From Moniliella sp. 'wahieum' (Eukaryota): DNA of 53,916 nt. Within the stretch, counting starts at the first letter, position 1. Each line of letters begins with the position of its first letter. A program made the translations under genes and the position numbers. The stretch is from the NCBI GenBank assembly GCA_003971905.1, contig RSEE01000086.1:248001-301916 (forward strand). The letters are read 5' to 3'. This document shows positions 13,330-26,050 of this stretch, piece after piece. The notes under the pieces are model-generated. The model was not told the DNA's origin. It worked only from the letters and a program-made list of their open reading frames with translations, and made no database searches.

Positions 13330-16300
13330 GATGACTGTCTCTGTTGTGCGGGGAGTAGTAAGACGACGCGGAAGACGAAGGTCACAGTCAGTGGTCTGGC
13401 CAGTGGGATGTACGGGAGGGATGGTGGTCCATCTGACGCTATAGAGCTTGGCATAGAGGAGACGTACAGAGATGGAGGGTGGGTCGTGATGGATAAAGGG
13501 CTGGGTGGGGGGGGGGGGGGGAGGGGCAGAACGGTGCTTTATCGGATTCGAAGCACGGAATGTGTAGCGTAATTATAACGCCCAAAACACTGCAATGTTT
13601 ATTGGCGAAAATCCAGCGCGGGAGGTGCTGAGGATACAAGAGGGGCAGAAAGCTGCAGTGCAGTGCGTTGCCTCAGCAGGAGCGAGGTGGGAGCAAAGCT
13701 GTGGTGCAGCTGAGATGCTGGGGACGCCAGACGGGCAGACAGGCAGACAGGCAGACACGCGTTGAACGTTGAGCCTGGAAAATGCTGACCTGGTCGTTGG
13801 CGCAGCGCTGTTCTGGTCGGCTGGCGGGCGGGGTGAGACGGATGCAGCAGAGCAGACCGGCAAGCAGGCACACTCTTCGGCGTGTTGGGCAATCGATCGC
13901 CCTTGTCGAGGTATGTGGGTGGCGTTGGAGCTGAGGGGACGGGCTATCAACGTATCAACGCTGTTCACCGGTCAACGATGCAAAAGTAGACGGCACTGGC
14001 TGACAAAACCTCAGGCGTCAAGCTTCAAGCTCAGCTTCGGTCGGAGCTGATGTGCTGATGGAGGCTGGTGCTGGTGGCGTGGGCGGGAGAGAGAGGAGGC
14101 GAAAGGAGAGACGGACTGGCAGAGACAGGCGACGGTTTATAACCAACCACAGATTGCAGACATGCGGTCGATCTTGTATGCGAGCAGCAGTAGTTGTGCC
14201 CGGCTAGTAAAATACGCACGCGTCAGTCAAGCGCAACTGCGATGAGGGGGGGTGTGCGCTGAGGCGCTGCTGAGAGGAGCGGATGACGGAGGTGCTGATG
14301 AGCGGGGCGAAGGCAAGGGGGCAGGAGGGGAGCGGGGGCAGCGGCAAGATCTCTGAGAGGCTACGAGGATGGTGGATGCGGCCGAGGGGATGCTGGGTGC
14401 GGAACCAACTATATGGCTCGAGGATCGTCAGATCGCGGCGCCGCAAACGGAGCCTCGATCGCTGGTGCGGATAGTATATGCCAGCGGGGGGGTCGTTTCC
14501 TGAGGCATCAGCCTGATGAGGAAGGCGCGGACCAACCCAGACACGCGAGGCTATAATAACCACGTCACAGCAGACGATGGGGACCACACCCATCGATCAG
14601 TGCCCTGGCGATCGGACAGCCCACTGCCACGTGGCATCGACGGATAAACAGATGAGCCACGCATCACGCCGCCCTTCGATGGTCTAACCCTGTCACATGT
14701 CCCACATCACACATGGCATGACACGTGACTCCCCCCCTGTCTGCGGCGTGCTTTTGGCCCATGTTGATGGCGCCGACCAGCAACCACAGACGCTGCGGCG
14801 GCCGTGCTGTTGCGCCGTGCTCTCGCCTGTCCGAGCGGCTCACCACTGTCACATGTCATCCACCTCTCTCCCATGTGCACATCACCCCGTGACGTCAGAT
14901 CGAGTGCGAAGAGGCAGGGATGATCTCGAGTTGGCCTCTGGTCTTTACTAGAGGCCTTTTTTGTATGGTCGATGGACTGAACACCCCCCGTGAAATCGGG
15001 AGTTCAGAATGTACAAGGCGAGCATATCGATCCTCTCTCCCGCGTACGACACCAGCATCTAGTACATCTCTCTCCGTCGCAGTGGTGATGACACTCTTTC
15101 TCCAGTAGCATGCACTATTCAGGCGTGCCAATGGTCAATGTTCACAGTTTACCGTACTTAACAGCCTTCCAACAATTCACAGATGGGGGGATGGGGGGAT
15201 GGGGGGGGAGGTGCGGCCTCAGCCAAGAATGAACGATCCAACGTGTCGCGTGGGTTAGGACCGCTAAGGGAGCTCCAAACCCTTGCCCTCTCTGCTGCTT
15301 GCTGCATCTGTTCGGAGAGAGAGGAAAGTGGGGAATGATCATCCGTCTCTCTCTCAATCTGGTTTGTGTAGTACAGGGTAGACGGGGGTCTGTCTGCTGT
15401 CAATATATTTCATGCCATTCACTCTCTCCTGCTCCGTTTCTCCAAATGAAGCTAATGAAGCTTCCCACATCCGTCAACTGCTAATACACCCACCTTCTTG
15501 ATTAATATGGACATCACAAGAATCCATACGAGGAAGAAGGCTCCCCCCCAGATGGATGCCGCGACCATACCACACATGGGATGGGTGTCCGGCGCTCCAC
15601 CACGGTGACTTGAGTGTGAGGGGGAGTTAGGCGTTAGGCCCCCATCTCGTTGGATAAGTCTGACTCACATCCTCTTTTCTACCCCGCAGGTCTGCACTGA
15701 TGCGGTCCGTTTTCAACAGTTCCCTGCGGTAAAAGCGCATGGCGATTGATGATCAACGATGTGAGGGGAGGACGCGGGACACTTGAAGAAAGAGCAGATG
15801 AGGCGCGAACAGTGGGCTGTTGTTGGGGGACATCCATGATCGCAGCTAAGCCTACGGATGCATCATGCGCGCGTCACTCGTCCGCTACTACATCATCGTT
15901 CTGTTCCTCTGTCGCAGACTGCCAAATTCATTCGCCTGTAGTACAGTACTTGTTTACCCGGGTTGGATTGCCCTCTACTGTGGTTTGCCATCAATCCCGG
16001 CAGAAAAAGACACTCTCTCTGTGTCGTGAAAACGCTGGAAGCGGATCGAGGTGTAACTTGTCATCCGATGGGGGGTATATATAAACAGTGGCGGGGGCCT
16101 CTGCCCGTAGATTCCATGAACTGGGGCCAGTTGATTGGTGTAGGGAGATGGCCTTGTAGTGGCGATATACCCCGACGGGATATCTCGATGGGATCTCCGT
16201 CGTGATGGCAGAGACCAGCCTTTTAAATCAGGGTGGTTTGGAGTGGATGTGCAGTTTGAAAGTTTAAGGTTGCCTTGGGCGCGTGTGGTCGCACCTGCGT

Positions 16301-16358
16301 TCGTCGTCGTCTGTTCGCAGCCCAACCAACACCTCGTTCTCGTGGCGTCCTCGCCGCC

Positions 16359-17736
16359 ATGTCCAGCACGCAGGCCGCCGAGAGCAGCGAGCGCGCCGCC
16401 CAGCCCTCCCGCATGACCAGGGAGGTCGTCCACACACTCGGCCCGTCCCGCGTCTTTGCCCTGCCCACCCCGGCCCGTTCCCTCTCCTTCTCCGACTTGG
16501 GCGAGCGCCTGGCGGTGGCCACCGAGGATGGCGCCCTGCACATGTACGACTGTCTGCTGGGCACCCACCTTGGATCGCCCGACTTGGCCTCCCTCGGCGG
16601 CGCAGAGACCATCCGTTTCACTCATGGAAAGAACAAACTCCTCTTCTCCTCCCCGGGACAGAGCCGCGTGGGCTACTTTGATCTCGCTACCAACCAGCTC
16701 ATCCATTCCTTTGAAGGCCACCAGGGACGGTATGTGTCCCTGCCCGCCTCCCACCCGCATCTCTCACCCTTTCTAACCCTTTTCATAGAATTACCGCATT
16801 GGAAATGTCCCCGTGCAAGGACCAGTTCGCGTCGGGCGACGAGAACAGCGTCAAGATCTGGGACTTGGTGGAAAAAAAGTGCACTGTACGTTCTTTTCGC
16901 GTTCTGACCGCCCCCCCCCCCCCCCTCCCCCGTTCCTTTCACTCACCCACGCCTCCCGGTTTTGTTCGCCTCGCACCAGGGCAATCTGCCAGTCAAAGGC
17001 ACACCTGTCATTGCCTGGGACCCGAGCGGGCTGGTGATCGGCGTGGCATGTAGCGTCACTGGCACAGTGGCCTTGTACGATCCCAACAATCTCGGCCAAG
17101 TACGTCTCTTCTCTCTCTCCCCCCTCCCCTCCCCCTCGCCGCGTGTGCGTGTCCGCGTCCGGGTTTCCTCTTGCTAATTCTGTGTCCCCACCGCCTGCCC
17201 TGTTGCTGCTGTAGCCATTCTTGACACTTCGCCTGCGCACGAGCAAGCCCCGCGTCACCTCCTTGGCCTTCTCCAACAATGGCGAGCACATCCTCATTGG
17301 TACCGAAGGCGAACCGCATTCGATTTACGATGGGTTCGACACCGAGTCGCGCTTACTCTTTGTTTTGTTGCCACCTCCTGCACAACAGGTTTCCACTTCC
17401 TCCGCCAGCGCACCACACGGGACCAAGCTTCTGCTCTCCTCTACCAACGTACCGGCCCAAGACCTGTGCTGGTCCCCAGACAGCCGCTTCGTCTTGACTG
17501 GCTCCCCCGATGGTAGTGGCCAAGTGTGTGTGTGGGAAATCCCTGACCCACTCAAAGACGGTACCTCACCTGCCCCCAAACTGTGCCCTGCTTGGAACTG
17601 CTGCCTGGTCCCCGCTCACCCCGCGCCTCGTCGCGTTCAACCCACGGAGAGCCCTGCTGGTCACAGCAGGAGAGCAAATTTGCTTTGGTTGCCGTCCGCC
17701 GAGACGGTCGGTGCGGCTCCCAGCTCAGTCTTATAG
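16359..17736 (+). CDS. SWD2: WD40-repeat COMPASS/CPF subunit Swd2 (WDR82-like)
   Basis: Introns at 16730-16788, 16886-16979 and 17100-17214 give SLSFSDLGERL, IRFTH, NQLIHSFEGHQGRITALEMSP, VKIWDL, IAWDPSGLVIGV, PF..SLAFSNNGEHILIGT, CWSPDSRFVLTGSPDG, AFNPR, collinear with the WDR82/Swd2 pattern. Confidence 0.8.
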
Positions 17737-18195
17737 CCCCCCCTTCTTACCCTACCCTACCTTGCCTGCCTTCTCCCCCCTCCTGTACCACCACCCCTCA
17801 CCCACTCTCTTTCTCTTGGTCCCCACGCTCTCGTCCCAAACACCAAAATTTGATGGATTAGCCGACGCACTCGTCGAGTCCTTGGGTTGTTTCCTCACAA
17901 GCCAAGATGGATTCGCCTTGGGACGCACTAAGAACAGTGCTCTTTGCTTGCTTGGACCGCGTCTCCTGTTTAGACTTTTGGCCTGGCTGCTGTTGCGCTC
18001 GGTTGGCGGTTGATTCCACGCCCCTCGAACGAGATGGACAGACTTAGCGGGCGGGGGGCGGCAGGGTCGTTTTGGGGCAACACACATGCATTGAATACAT
18101 AACGGGGTCGTGATCGCGGTAGGTTGCCTGGGTGGCCCGGCACCCAATCGAATCGTATTAGGCACAGAGTTATCATAGTTATCCCCCCCCGGGGG

Positions 18196-20792
18196 CTACG
18201 AGCCGGGCGGCTGGGCCGAGATGACCTGGCCATTCAACATGACCGGTGGTGCTGGGGAAGTAGCCGGCTTGGGCTCCTTTGTTTTGCCCAATAACGCCGC
18301 CACATCCACATCCAGCTGCACATCCGGCCGCATTTGCCGCCCTTTGGCTCGGAGCGAATGTAAGTCGGCCCGTGGGGTGTTGCGGTCCACATCGCCCCCC
18401 CTTCTCGTTCTCGTTCTCGCTCACGTTCTCGCTCACGCTCTCGTTCCCGGTCCCTCTCTTTGGGCCGTTCCTTGCCTTTGTCGGGATCGGAACCGACGTC
18501 CCTGTAAGTGCCTTTGTGATGATGTTTGTGAAGGGCGGCCCTTTCCGATCCCTTGCTGCCTCGGTCCCGGTCTTTGTCTTTGTCTTTGCTCTTGTCCTTG
18601 TCCTTGTCCCGGTCCTTGTGGCGGTGCTTGCGCTGCGGGGGCAACCGTGCATCCACATAGCTGCCCTCGAGCATAGTCGCATCCACCGTCTCGTACTCCT
18701 CGTCCAACAGACTCGTCGGCGTCGGCTTGGCAGGTGCAGGCACGGCCACCGGCACAGCAGGCACAGAGGGTGACGTGGGTAACGTGCGCGAACGTGGGGC
18801 GGAAGGGTGACGAGGCCGGGCCAAGGCTCGCACCAACGCTGCCATATCCACATTGTAGAACGCAAAGCTAGTCAGGTGCGCAGGGGGGTAAGCCGTATCG
18901 TGCGCACGCGCTCCCAACGAAGGTGCCTGACCCAATGCGCAAGCGTACGCAACATCCCATCCGCATACCGCGCCGCAACACTCACCGCATCCGCAGGCGG
19001 TCCCAACTCCACCCCTTGGAACAACCGCCCCATCGAACCCGCACTGCTCGCTGTCACAGATAAGAGTACCCTCCCGCCCTGCGATTCAGCAAGGTACGCC
19101 GTATTGTACCCCAACGCTGCGAGCGCACAGGCAAATGCCCACGCTTGCCCTTCGTCCGTCGCCGGCGGCGGCTCGGGTCCCGTGTCGAGGTGAACAAAGC
19201 TTTCCATCAACTTTGACATGCCCGATCGAGCCCCGCCGAGCGCTCCCAGCCCCATCCCCGCCGCACCCGACAGCAGGGTCGAGCCCGAGCTGGACCTGAG
19301 ACCCGAGCCTGTCCCCGCGCCACTGGCGGCGCCGGCGCCACACGGCTGTGCAGCTCGGCATACGCATCCTTGGCCAAGGTGAGCGGTAACGGGCCTAGTG
19401 GCCTAGCCGTCGGACGTGTTTTGCGTTGCTCCCCTCCGCTGTCTCGCCACACGTCGGACCACGCCGGCGGGTGCAGCCCACTGGCACCCCCCACCCACAA
19501 CAGTTGCCCATCACTTCCCCCCCCCGCCCGAGTCGGAAAGACGCGTGCGCGGACGGATGGCCAGTCCAGGCAGGTGGATCTCAAACGGTAACGCCACACC
19601 CGTGTACACGGCCAACAAACGCAGCAGCTGCGCCGTAACTGCACCGCACCGTTGATCTCGGCCAAGGCAATAGCGCAAGAAGACTGGAACGGTCCCCGAC
19701 GCTCGGCCGTGAGGGCGGCAGCACAGCAGGAGGCGGAAGGACCAGCCCGAGAATGGTCCATTCGTTGTTGGCTGCACTGGCAGACGCGGCGGGGGACACA
19801 GAGGCGGAAACGGACGAGGAAGAGGAAGAGGAAGCGGATGGGCGAAGGCGGTGGGAAGGGCGGACTGAGCGTGCATGGGCAAGCGAGGCACGTGGAGGCT
19901 CCAAACGGTAGATGCGCAAGACAGAGCGGACGAGATGAGCGCGTCGCGCTTGGATGGCCGCTGCTAACGCTTGACTCTGGGCCCGGAGAGACGCGAGCAC
20001 CTGGGCCGCGTGCTCGGCCTGGCCAGCCAAGCCAGACGCGACGGGGCGGAGGTGGAGCGCACGGGCACGGCTCAGCCGCTCGCGCCGCTGGGCCAGAGAC
20101 GCCTTCTTGGCAGCCAGCGTGGCCTCGAGGGCGGCGCGGGCCGCGTGGGAGTGGTCGCGCTGGCGCGTGAGCTGGGCAAGGCGGAGGCGGGACAGGTCGG
20201 TCTGCGCACGAAGAGCACGCGCTTGGTGCGAGGGTGGCGGGCGGCATGCTGCCGATGGTGGGGAAGCGGGGCGGCAAGAAAGGCCAGCACGGCCTCCTGC
20301 TCGTCTGGCCTTGCACGGGCAGGATCTGGTCGCCGAGCAGCGAGTCGACTTGGGCGCGCAGCCGCCGGGCCATCGCGCCGATGCGAACGCGGTCGCCCAC
20401 ATGGTCCGCGATGCGGTCGTTGATGCACGTGTCGCAGTGCCACGCGTGGCGGCGCGGCGGCGCGCGTCGCACATGCGGCATTGGCCGTCGAACGGCAGGC
20501 GGCGGGAGCGGGCAGAGGGACGGGAGTGGTGCGGATGGGACGGGAGCGGCGGTGCAGCGCCCAGACCGACGCCGACGCCGAGCCCAATGCCGAGCCCGAG
20601 CCCGAGGCCAGGCGGGCCGTCGCGGCGCCTGGCGACGGCGGGTGCGAGCGGAGGCAGGGAGTGGCGGCCAATCGGCGAGAGGGCGATGCGCTGCGCTTCC
20701 CCGATGCGGATGTTGCTGTGGATGCGGATGCGGATGCTGAGGCCGATGCTGAGGCCGATCCGGCGCGGATGGACGCGGGCGGGACGGGGCAT
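18196..20792 (-). CDS. ATG14: Atg14/Vps38/UVRAG-family class III PI3K-complex subunit
   Basis: N-terminal CxxC..CxxC (CRMC, HCDTC), coiled coil, WTILGLVLP, AQLLRLLAVYTGVALPFEI, FACALAALGYNTAYLAESQG. Boundaries are approximate because of indels. Confidence 0.7.
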
Positions 20793-21815
20793 GGTACTGA
20801 TGGGGGTGGTGCTGGCAGCACGCGTAGTGGCAATCAGAAGTGGCGGCGTACTCAACTGAGTACTGATGACTGATAGCCAGTGTTATCTCCTCTGCCCCGT
20901 TCCGCCCGCCGCATTCCGCTCCGAGTCTGCCTGTCCGCCACCGGCAGCGTTGGACGCGGAGAGGCGGTCGATGGTCGAAGCGGCCATGGGTACCAGAGGA
21001 CGATGCCTTTGCTGTCCACGCCCGACAGCGTACGTGCTGCCGCACTCGGGGCCCGCGCGCCTGGCTGACCTCTCCCCCGCCGAACAGCAAGCGCATCGAC
21101 ACGCTCAAGAACGCCACCGCCGACGGCGAGGTGACCTGAGCGCGTTTCTGCTCCTGTCGCCGTCCTAGATATTATAGCCCCCCCTGGTGCGCAGCGCTGC
21201 TAACCCATCATGCCCTTCTCCAGCCCGCAGCTCCCCCGACGACATATCTACACCGTGCCACCTTCGCTGCCACTGCCTGTTTGCGTGTATGCCTGCTCTG
21301 TCGTCGATGTATGGCTGTTGTTGCTGGTGGGGGGATGGTGTGCGCGACGGATGCGGAGGGATGGGGCAGAGCGACGATGGATGGCGGCGCGGAGGGGTTA
21401 AAGGTTAAACGTACGGTACGTTAATCGTTAATCTGAGATTCTCAGCTCTCCGATCTGAATCTCAGCTGTGCGAATCCCAACCACTGCGGCCGCAGCCAGC
21501 CACCGCCCAGCCACCCACGGCCCATCCCAGACGCCCCCCACACTGCCCCTGTGCCCACCCCAGCCCACACGCAGGCGCCCTGCCCCTGGCTTCCCGCCCG
21601 CCCGCCCCGGCCCGGCGCCAGTGCGTCCCGCGCGTCCCTGGCTCGCCGTCTGGCTTTTCGCCTGCTTTTCTCTCACGGCCCCTTCTTTCTTCCCCCACCA
21701 CCTCCATCTTGTCCTCCTTCGCCACCACCCGCCACCACCTCCTCCTTCGCCACCACCGCCACCACCTCCTCCTTCGCCACCACCACCACCACCACCTCCT
21801 CCGCCTTCCCTGCCC

Positions 21816-23330
21816 ATGTGCCCATGGGTCTTGGCGGCTGCACTACGATGGCAGTGTCCCCACCCCCCTGCACAGTGGGCGACGTGAGCTACACCTCGAC
21901 CTTATCCCCCTCGTCGCCACCCTCAACACCACCGACCCCATCCTCGCCGCCTACGCCAACGTGCTCCGCGCTGCCATCCGCTTCGAGCAGGCCGGCGGAC
22001 AGTGCGTTGCCACCAAGGGCCTCCCGACATCCGCCTCGCCGTCACCTACATCATCATCTACACCTCCCTCTGCACCGTCCTCTTCTCTCTCTCTCACCAT
22101 CCTCCTCCTCAAGGTGGCCTCGAGAGCGCCAAGCGCCGCTCCCCACTGTCTGGCTCTTGGCCGCCTCCATCCTTCTCGGTCTGGTGGCCTCGGTGTTTGA
22201 TACAGCCTTCTGGACCCTCGACATGGTCAACTCACGCATCCCAAGCAAGGTCGCCGATGGCCTGTACGTGGTGGAGGACTTGATGCTCTTCCTTGTGCCC
22301 TGGGTCGTCGTTTGGGCCCTCATTGTCCGCCTCTCTGTCTCTGGCCTCCGGCCTCTTTGGCCGCACCAAGCAACTCTCGTTATCCTACCCCCCTCGCTGC
22401 TGCAATGCGCCAGCCTGGCCTGCTACGCCGTTGTCTCCACCGTGTTCACCACGTCGACAGCCGCTCGTCCCGCCGCCGCGTCCAGTGTCTGGAGCCAGCC
22501 CGCAACGTTGATCATGGGCAACGAACCTCGGCCAACGCATGCGCTGGGACCACGCTCACTATGCCACCTTGTCGCAGCGCGTGACGTCAACCTAGGCTTG
22601 GCGCGGCAATGGTGGCGCATGCGTTCCAACCGCGGCAAGGTACCTTGGCCCAGTTGCGCAGATGGTGTGGGAAAGCCCCAGACCATCCTGAGCCTTAGCT
22701 TGACCCCCACTGCGCCTTCTACCTGTCCGAAGCACGCAGGCCAAAGCACGCCTCTACCATTCGCTCCGGCCACAGCGCAGCGTGGGGTTCTGGTGGACCT
22801 TGATCCGCATCCTCCACTTCCTCGCCTTTGGATTCTGGGTTCAACCGGTACGCCGTGGCCAGCTGGGTTGTCTTGGCAACCCAGAAACTCGCCGTGGCCA
22901 TGTACCTGGAAGCAGCAATGGTTATGTGTTTCCTTTGGCTGGCATTGTGGCTGCTTTGGGCGCCACGTCGCGCTTCTTGGACCGAGAAACCATTACTACC
23001 CTTCGACTACACAACATTTGTCGCTGGCAACCCCGCCAAGGAACCAAGGCAATGCAAGAGGAACAAGAGCAGGTCGAGAATGAGTACGAGGGCAGGGGAG
23101 AGAAAGGTACACGACGACGAGCCCAACCGTCGCTGGCTGAAGTGGTGTCCATTTCCGACTTTTTGCTAGACTCACCGCCTCCACCGTTCGAAAGAACGTT
23201 GTCTCAGCCTTTTGCCCTTCCTTCATTCCCGCCTGTGGCAGCAGTCGCAAGACAGGCCGGCTTGCCCTCGGACACTACCTCTCCCGCCGAATACAGGGAG
23301 ATGACGGGCATGTGCGCCTCTGACGCTTAA
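21816..23330 (+). CDS. Hypothetical multi-pass membrane protein
   Basis: About six to seven hydrophobic segments across frames (VTYIIIYTSLCTVLFSLSLTILLL, VWLLAASILLGLVASVF, LMLFLVPWVVVWALIV, GFWWTLIRILHFLAF, MYLEAAMVMCFLWLALWLLW) and a polar tail. No family recognised. Confidence 0.6.
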
Positions 23331-23606
23331 ACCGCGGCAGTTTCTCTTGGAAGAGCGGTGCATCCTCTCCCGTCCAAACCCCAAGCCCCATGACACTTTT
23401 TCACCCCCCTTACCCGAGGTGCATAAACACCTACACACCTCTGCTTGTCGCCCGCTCACTCTCGCCTGTTTTCTTGGACGAGCCTCTGTCGTACCAACTT
23501 TGCAACCTTTTGTACTGCCCCCCTATGTGCAACGGCAGCTGTACTTGTGCATGCATCGGAATACTCGATGTTTGATACCCTTTTTACGTTGACGGATTTT
23601 AGCACT

Positions 23607-23882
23607 CGGTTAAAGGCCGCGGTAAGAAATGCGAATCGGGATTCCCGGAAGAAATGGTTTAAAAGCACGGCCATAAGCTGTAGTGGGTTTGGCCAGTATC
23701 CATCTCTCGCTATAATAGAAGTACTTAGCTTAACTTCATGTTTGCGCCAAGGTTATATCCAAGCAATTCGCACTTGTTCAATCCTAATAATAGTAAGTTC
23801 GATCAAATGCATTTTTTGGGTGGGTTAGGGTGTCCATTCTGTCCTGCGGCCACATCAACTTTCGCCATCGCGGCCTTAACCG
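23607..23882. mobile_element. Possible MITE-like relic with terminal inverted repeats
   Basis: CGGTTAAAGGCCGCG (23607-23621) versus CGCGGCCTTAACCG (23869-23882): inverted match with one indel around a non-coding AT-rich interior. No TSD seen. Confidence 0.4.
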
Positions 23883-24836
23883 TTGCGCTTCAAACTTGAT
23901 GCCCCTTTCGCACCCAGGACCACACATCCACCATCTCTCTCTGTGGCCACCTTCTCCTCCAAGGCAATGGGTAGGTTAGGGGGTAGCAGGTCATGACCAG
24001 TGTAAGCATAAAAACGTACCGCCAAATCGAAAATGCGACGATGCATGGTTGACCAAACATCGAGCAATCTATTTACCTATTACACATTTGATTTTCCTTT
24101 ATGCCTGTAGCAACAGGTGTCGAACTTATTGAGCTTCGCCCAACGGTAAATACAGATTGTCCCCCACTGGCTCCATACCCTGTAGCCGTCCGGTCGTCCG
24201 GTATGTGCCCAACGTGGACAGATGATATATCGTTTACTAAGCAGATCTTATCCTGGCCTTCACACTGCTAACTTCATCGAAGTTTAGGGCGCTGCACTGT
24301 AGGAAGAGGTGATGAACCGGTACTCAACCATGTGTGCTCCGTTCGCGACCCCCAAGAATTGACTCAACCGGTTGCAGAGCAACTGACCGTGACAAAGTGG
24401 GCGGCAGACATAAACGTGGAGCGCATCCAGACTACCGGCGAATGATGGAACCAAGAGCATTTGATGGATCAGGGGTGGAGGTGGACCAGCACTTTGACGG
24501 ACTCAATGAGGTGTCCCAGTTTCTAGAAGAGTCGTACGGTATACACACTTGAGGTGGCACGTCTGCGCCTTAGGAACCCCCGGAGATATGGAGAGCTGCA
24601 TCATGACTTAGCTGTTCGAGGAGAAACCTGGTTTCGCAACAGCTTTCGCTAGAAATCCAAGTACTAGAGGGGTGCACCCATCATGGCCACTTTCTTCCCT
24701 CTGGAAAAGTCACCCTATAGGTAATTATGGGTTTCAAAGACTGTCGATAAGAGGGTGGGCATTGAAAGAACCTACTGAAAGCCTTATCAGCAATGGTCCA
24801 CCGCATATATGTCTACCGCCGCGCTCATTTCGTTTC

Positions 24837-25057
24837 TGATGAGACCTGGAGTCCTGATGGTCCTCGAGGGTGATGCAATCATTCGCACTGGCGGTGGTGG
24901 TGGTCTAAGCCAGCCAGCAACGCCTACAGAGAACATCAAGCAGTGAGTCGCCACCACTGGGGACTAAGCTGCGGAACAAGGAAAACGAGAGAGAGCAATA
25001 ACTGAACTCCCAGGCCTCTGCATTGGCCAAAGCACGAGACAACCCGATCACTCAACA
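24837..25057 (-). mobile_element. Solo LTR of the Copia family found at 47.7-49.9 kb
   Basis: TG...CA termini, aligns end to end with 47717-47953, and is flanked on both sides by a 5-bp TSD GTTTC (24832-24836 and 25058-25062). Confidence 0.92.
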
Positions 25058-25933
25058 GTTTCCACTCGCGCTACATCCGGTCTGGCAGCGAATGGGCGTG
25101 AGAGCTAGGGAGGAGTCCTGACATGCTGTGATCACATCGCTGTCCTCTTTTGTATTGGCCGGTACTTACACAATATTCACTGGACACGTGAGTTTCTGAC
25201 GCTCACTCTGCAAAAGTGACGAATCTAGAAATCAGAGAGCGGAAGAGATTTCGGGGCGTTTCGATGGTGCTTCGAGTTTTCTTACATGATGTTTCTACGG
25301 TCATTAAGGCTGCCACCAATACCGAACAGGAGATCACACTCAAAAACAGGCCAAGTAGATCAGAAAGAGTTACAACATACTAAAAGTGGAGCTGCCGCTC
25401 TCAATTCCCGTTGGCATGATAGTTTTTTTTTTATTGTTTTTCGTGACGTAGACTGTCCAACAGACAACTATGTGGTCCGCACAGTGGCACGACACACTTC
25501 TTGTTCTGATTGAATCCGCCTGTTGAAGTACGATGCATGGAACAGAAGGTCTCCATGTTCAGTAACGTGACCGCCACATCGCAGTAACCCGGGCATAAAT
25601 AACAGACGAGGAGGATGCACGAGACATCGAAGGCACAGCAGTCAATCTCTTTGGCGCAGAGGGCACAGACGGCGAGGACGACGACCGCACAGACGACTCT
25701 GAGACTGGAGAGTGATTTGGCGGCTATACATTCCCAAGACCTCTCAATGGCAAGCCCCCAAGTCCATATTGGCCCATCGCAATGCAAAAAAGTACCCTCG
25801 AAGACGACTACACTGCATTCGATGGTGCTAGAATGAGTAGTAGTAGTATAAAATGTAATACCAATAGTAACCCAGGGAGAGCGAGCATAGGAGGATCAGA
25901 TTCGTCAGATACGTCGCCCATGGGCACGTCAAT

Positions 25934-26050
25934 GACGTTTCTGACGTTCAAGGGGGTGACGTCGGCGACATATCTGACATTCAAGGGGATGACATCGAGG
26001 ACATATCTGACGTTCAGGGTGGTGACATCGACGACGTCACTGACCTGCAG
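25934..26050 (+). repeat. 33-bp degenerate tandem repeat x3.5
   Basis: One frame reads DVSDVQGGDVG/DISDIQGDDIE/DISDVQGGDID/DVTDLQ. Confidence 0.8.
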
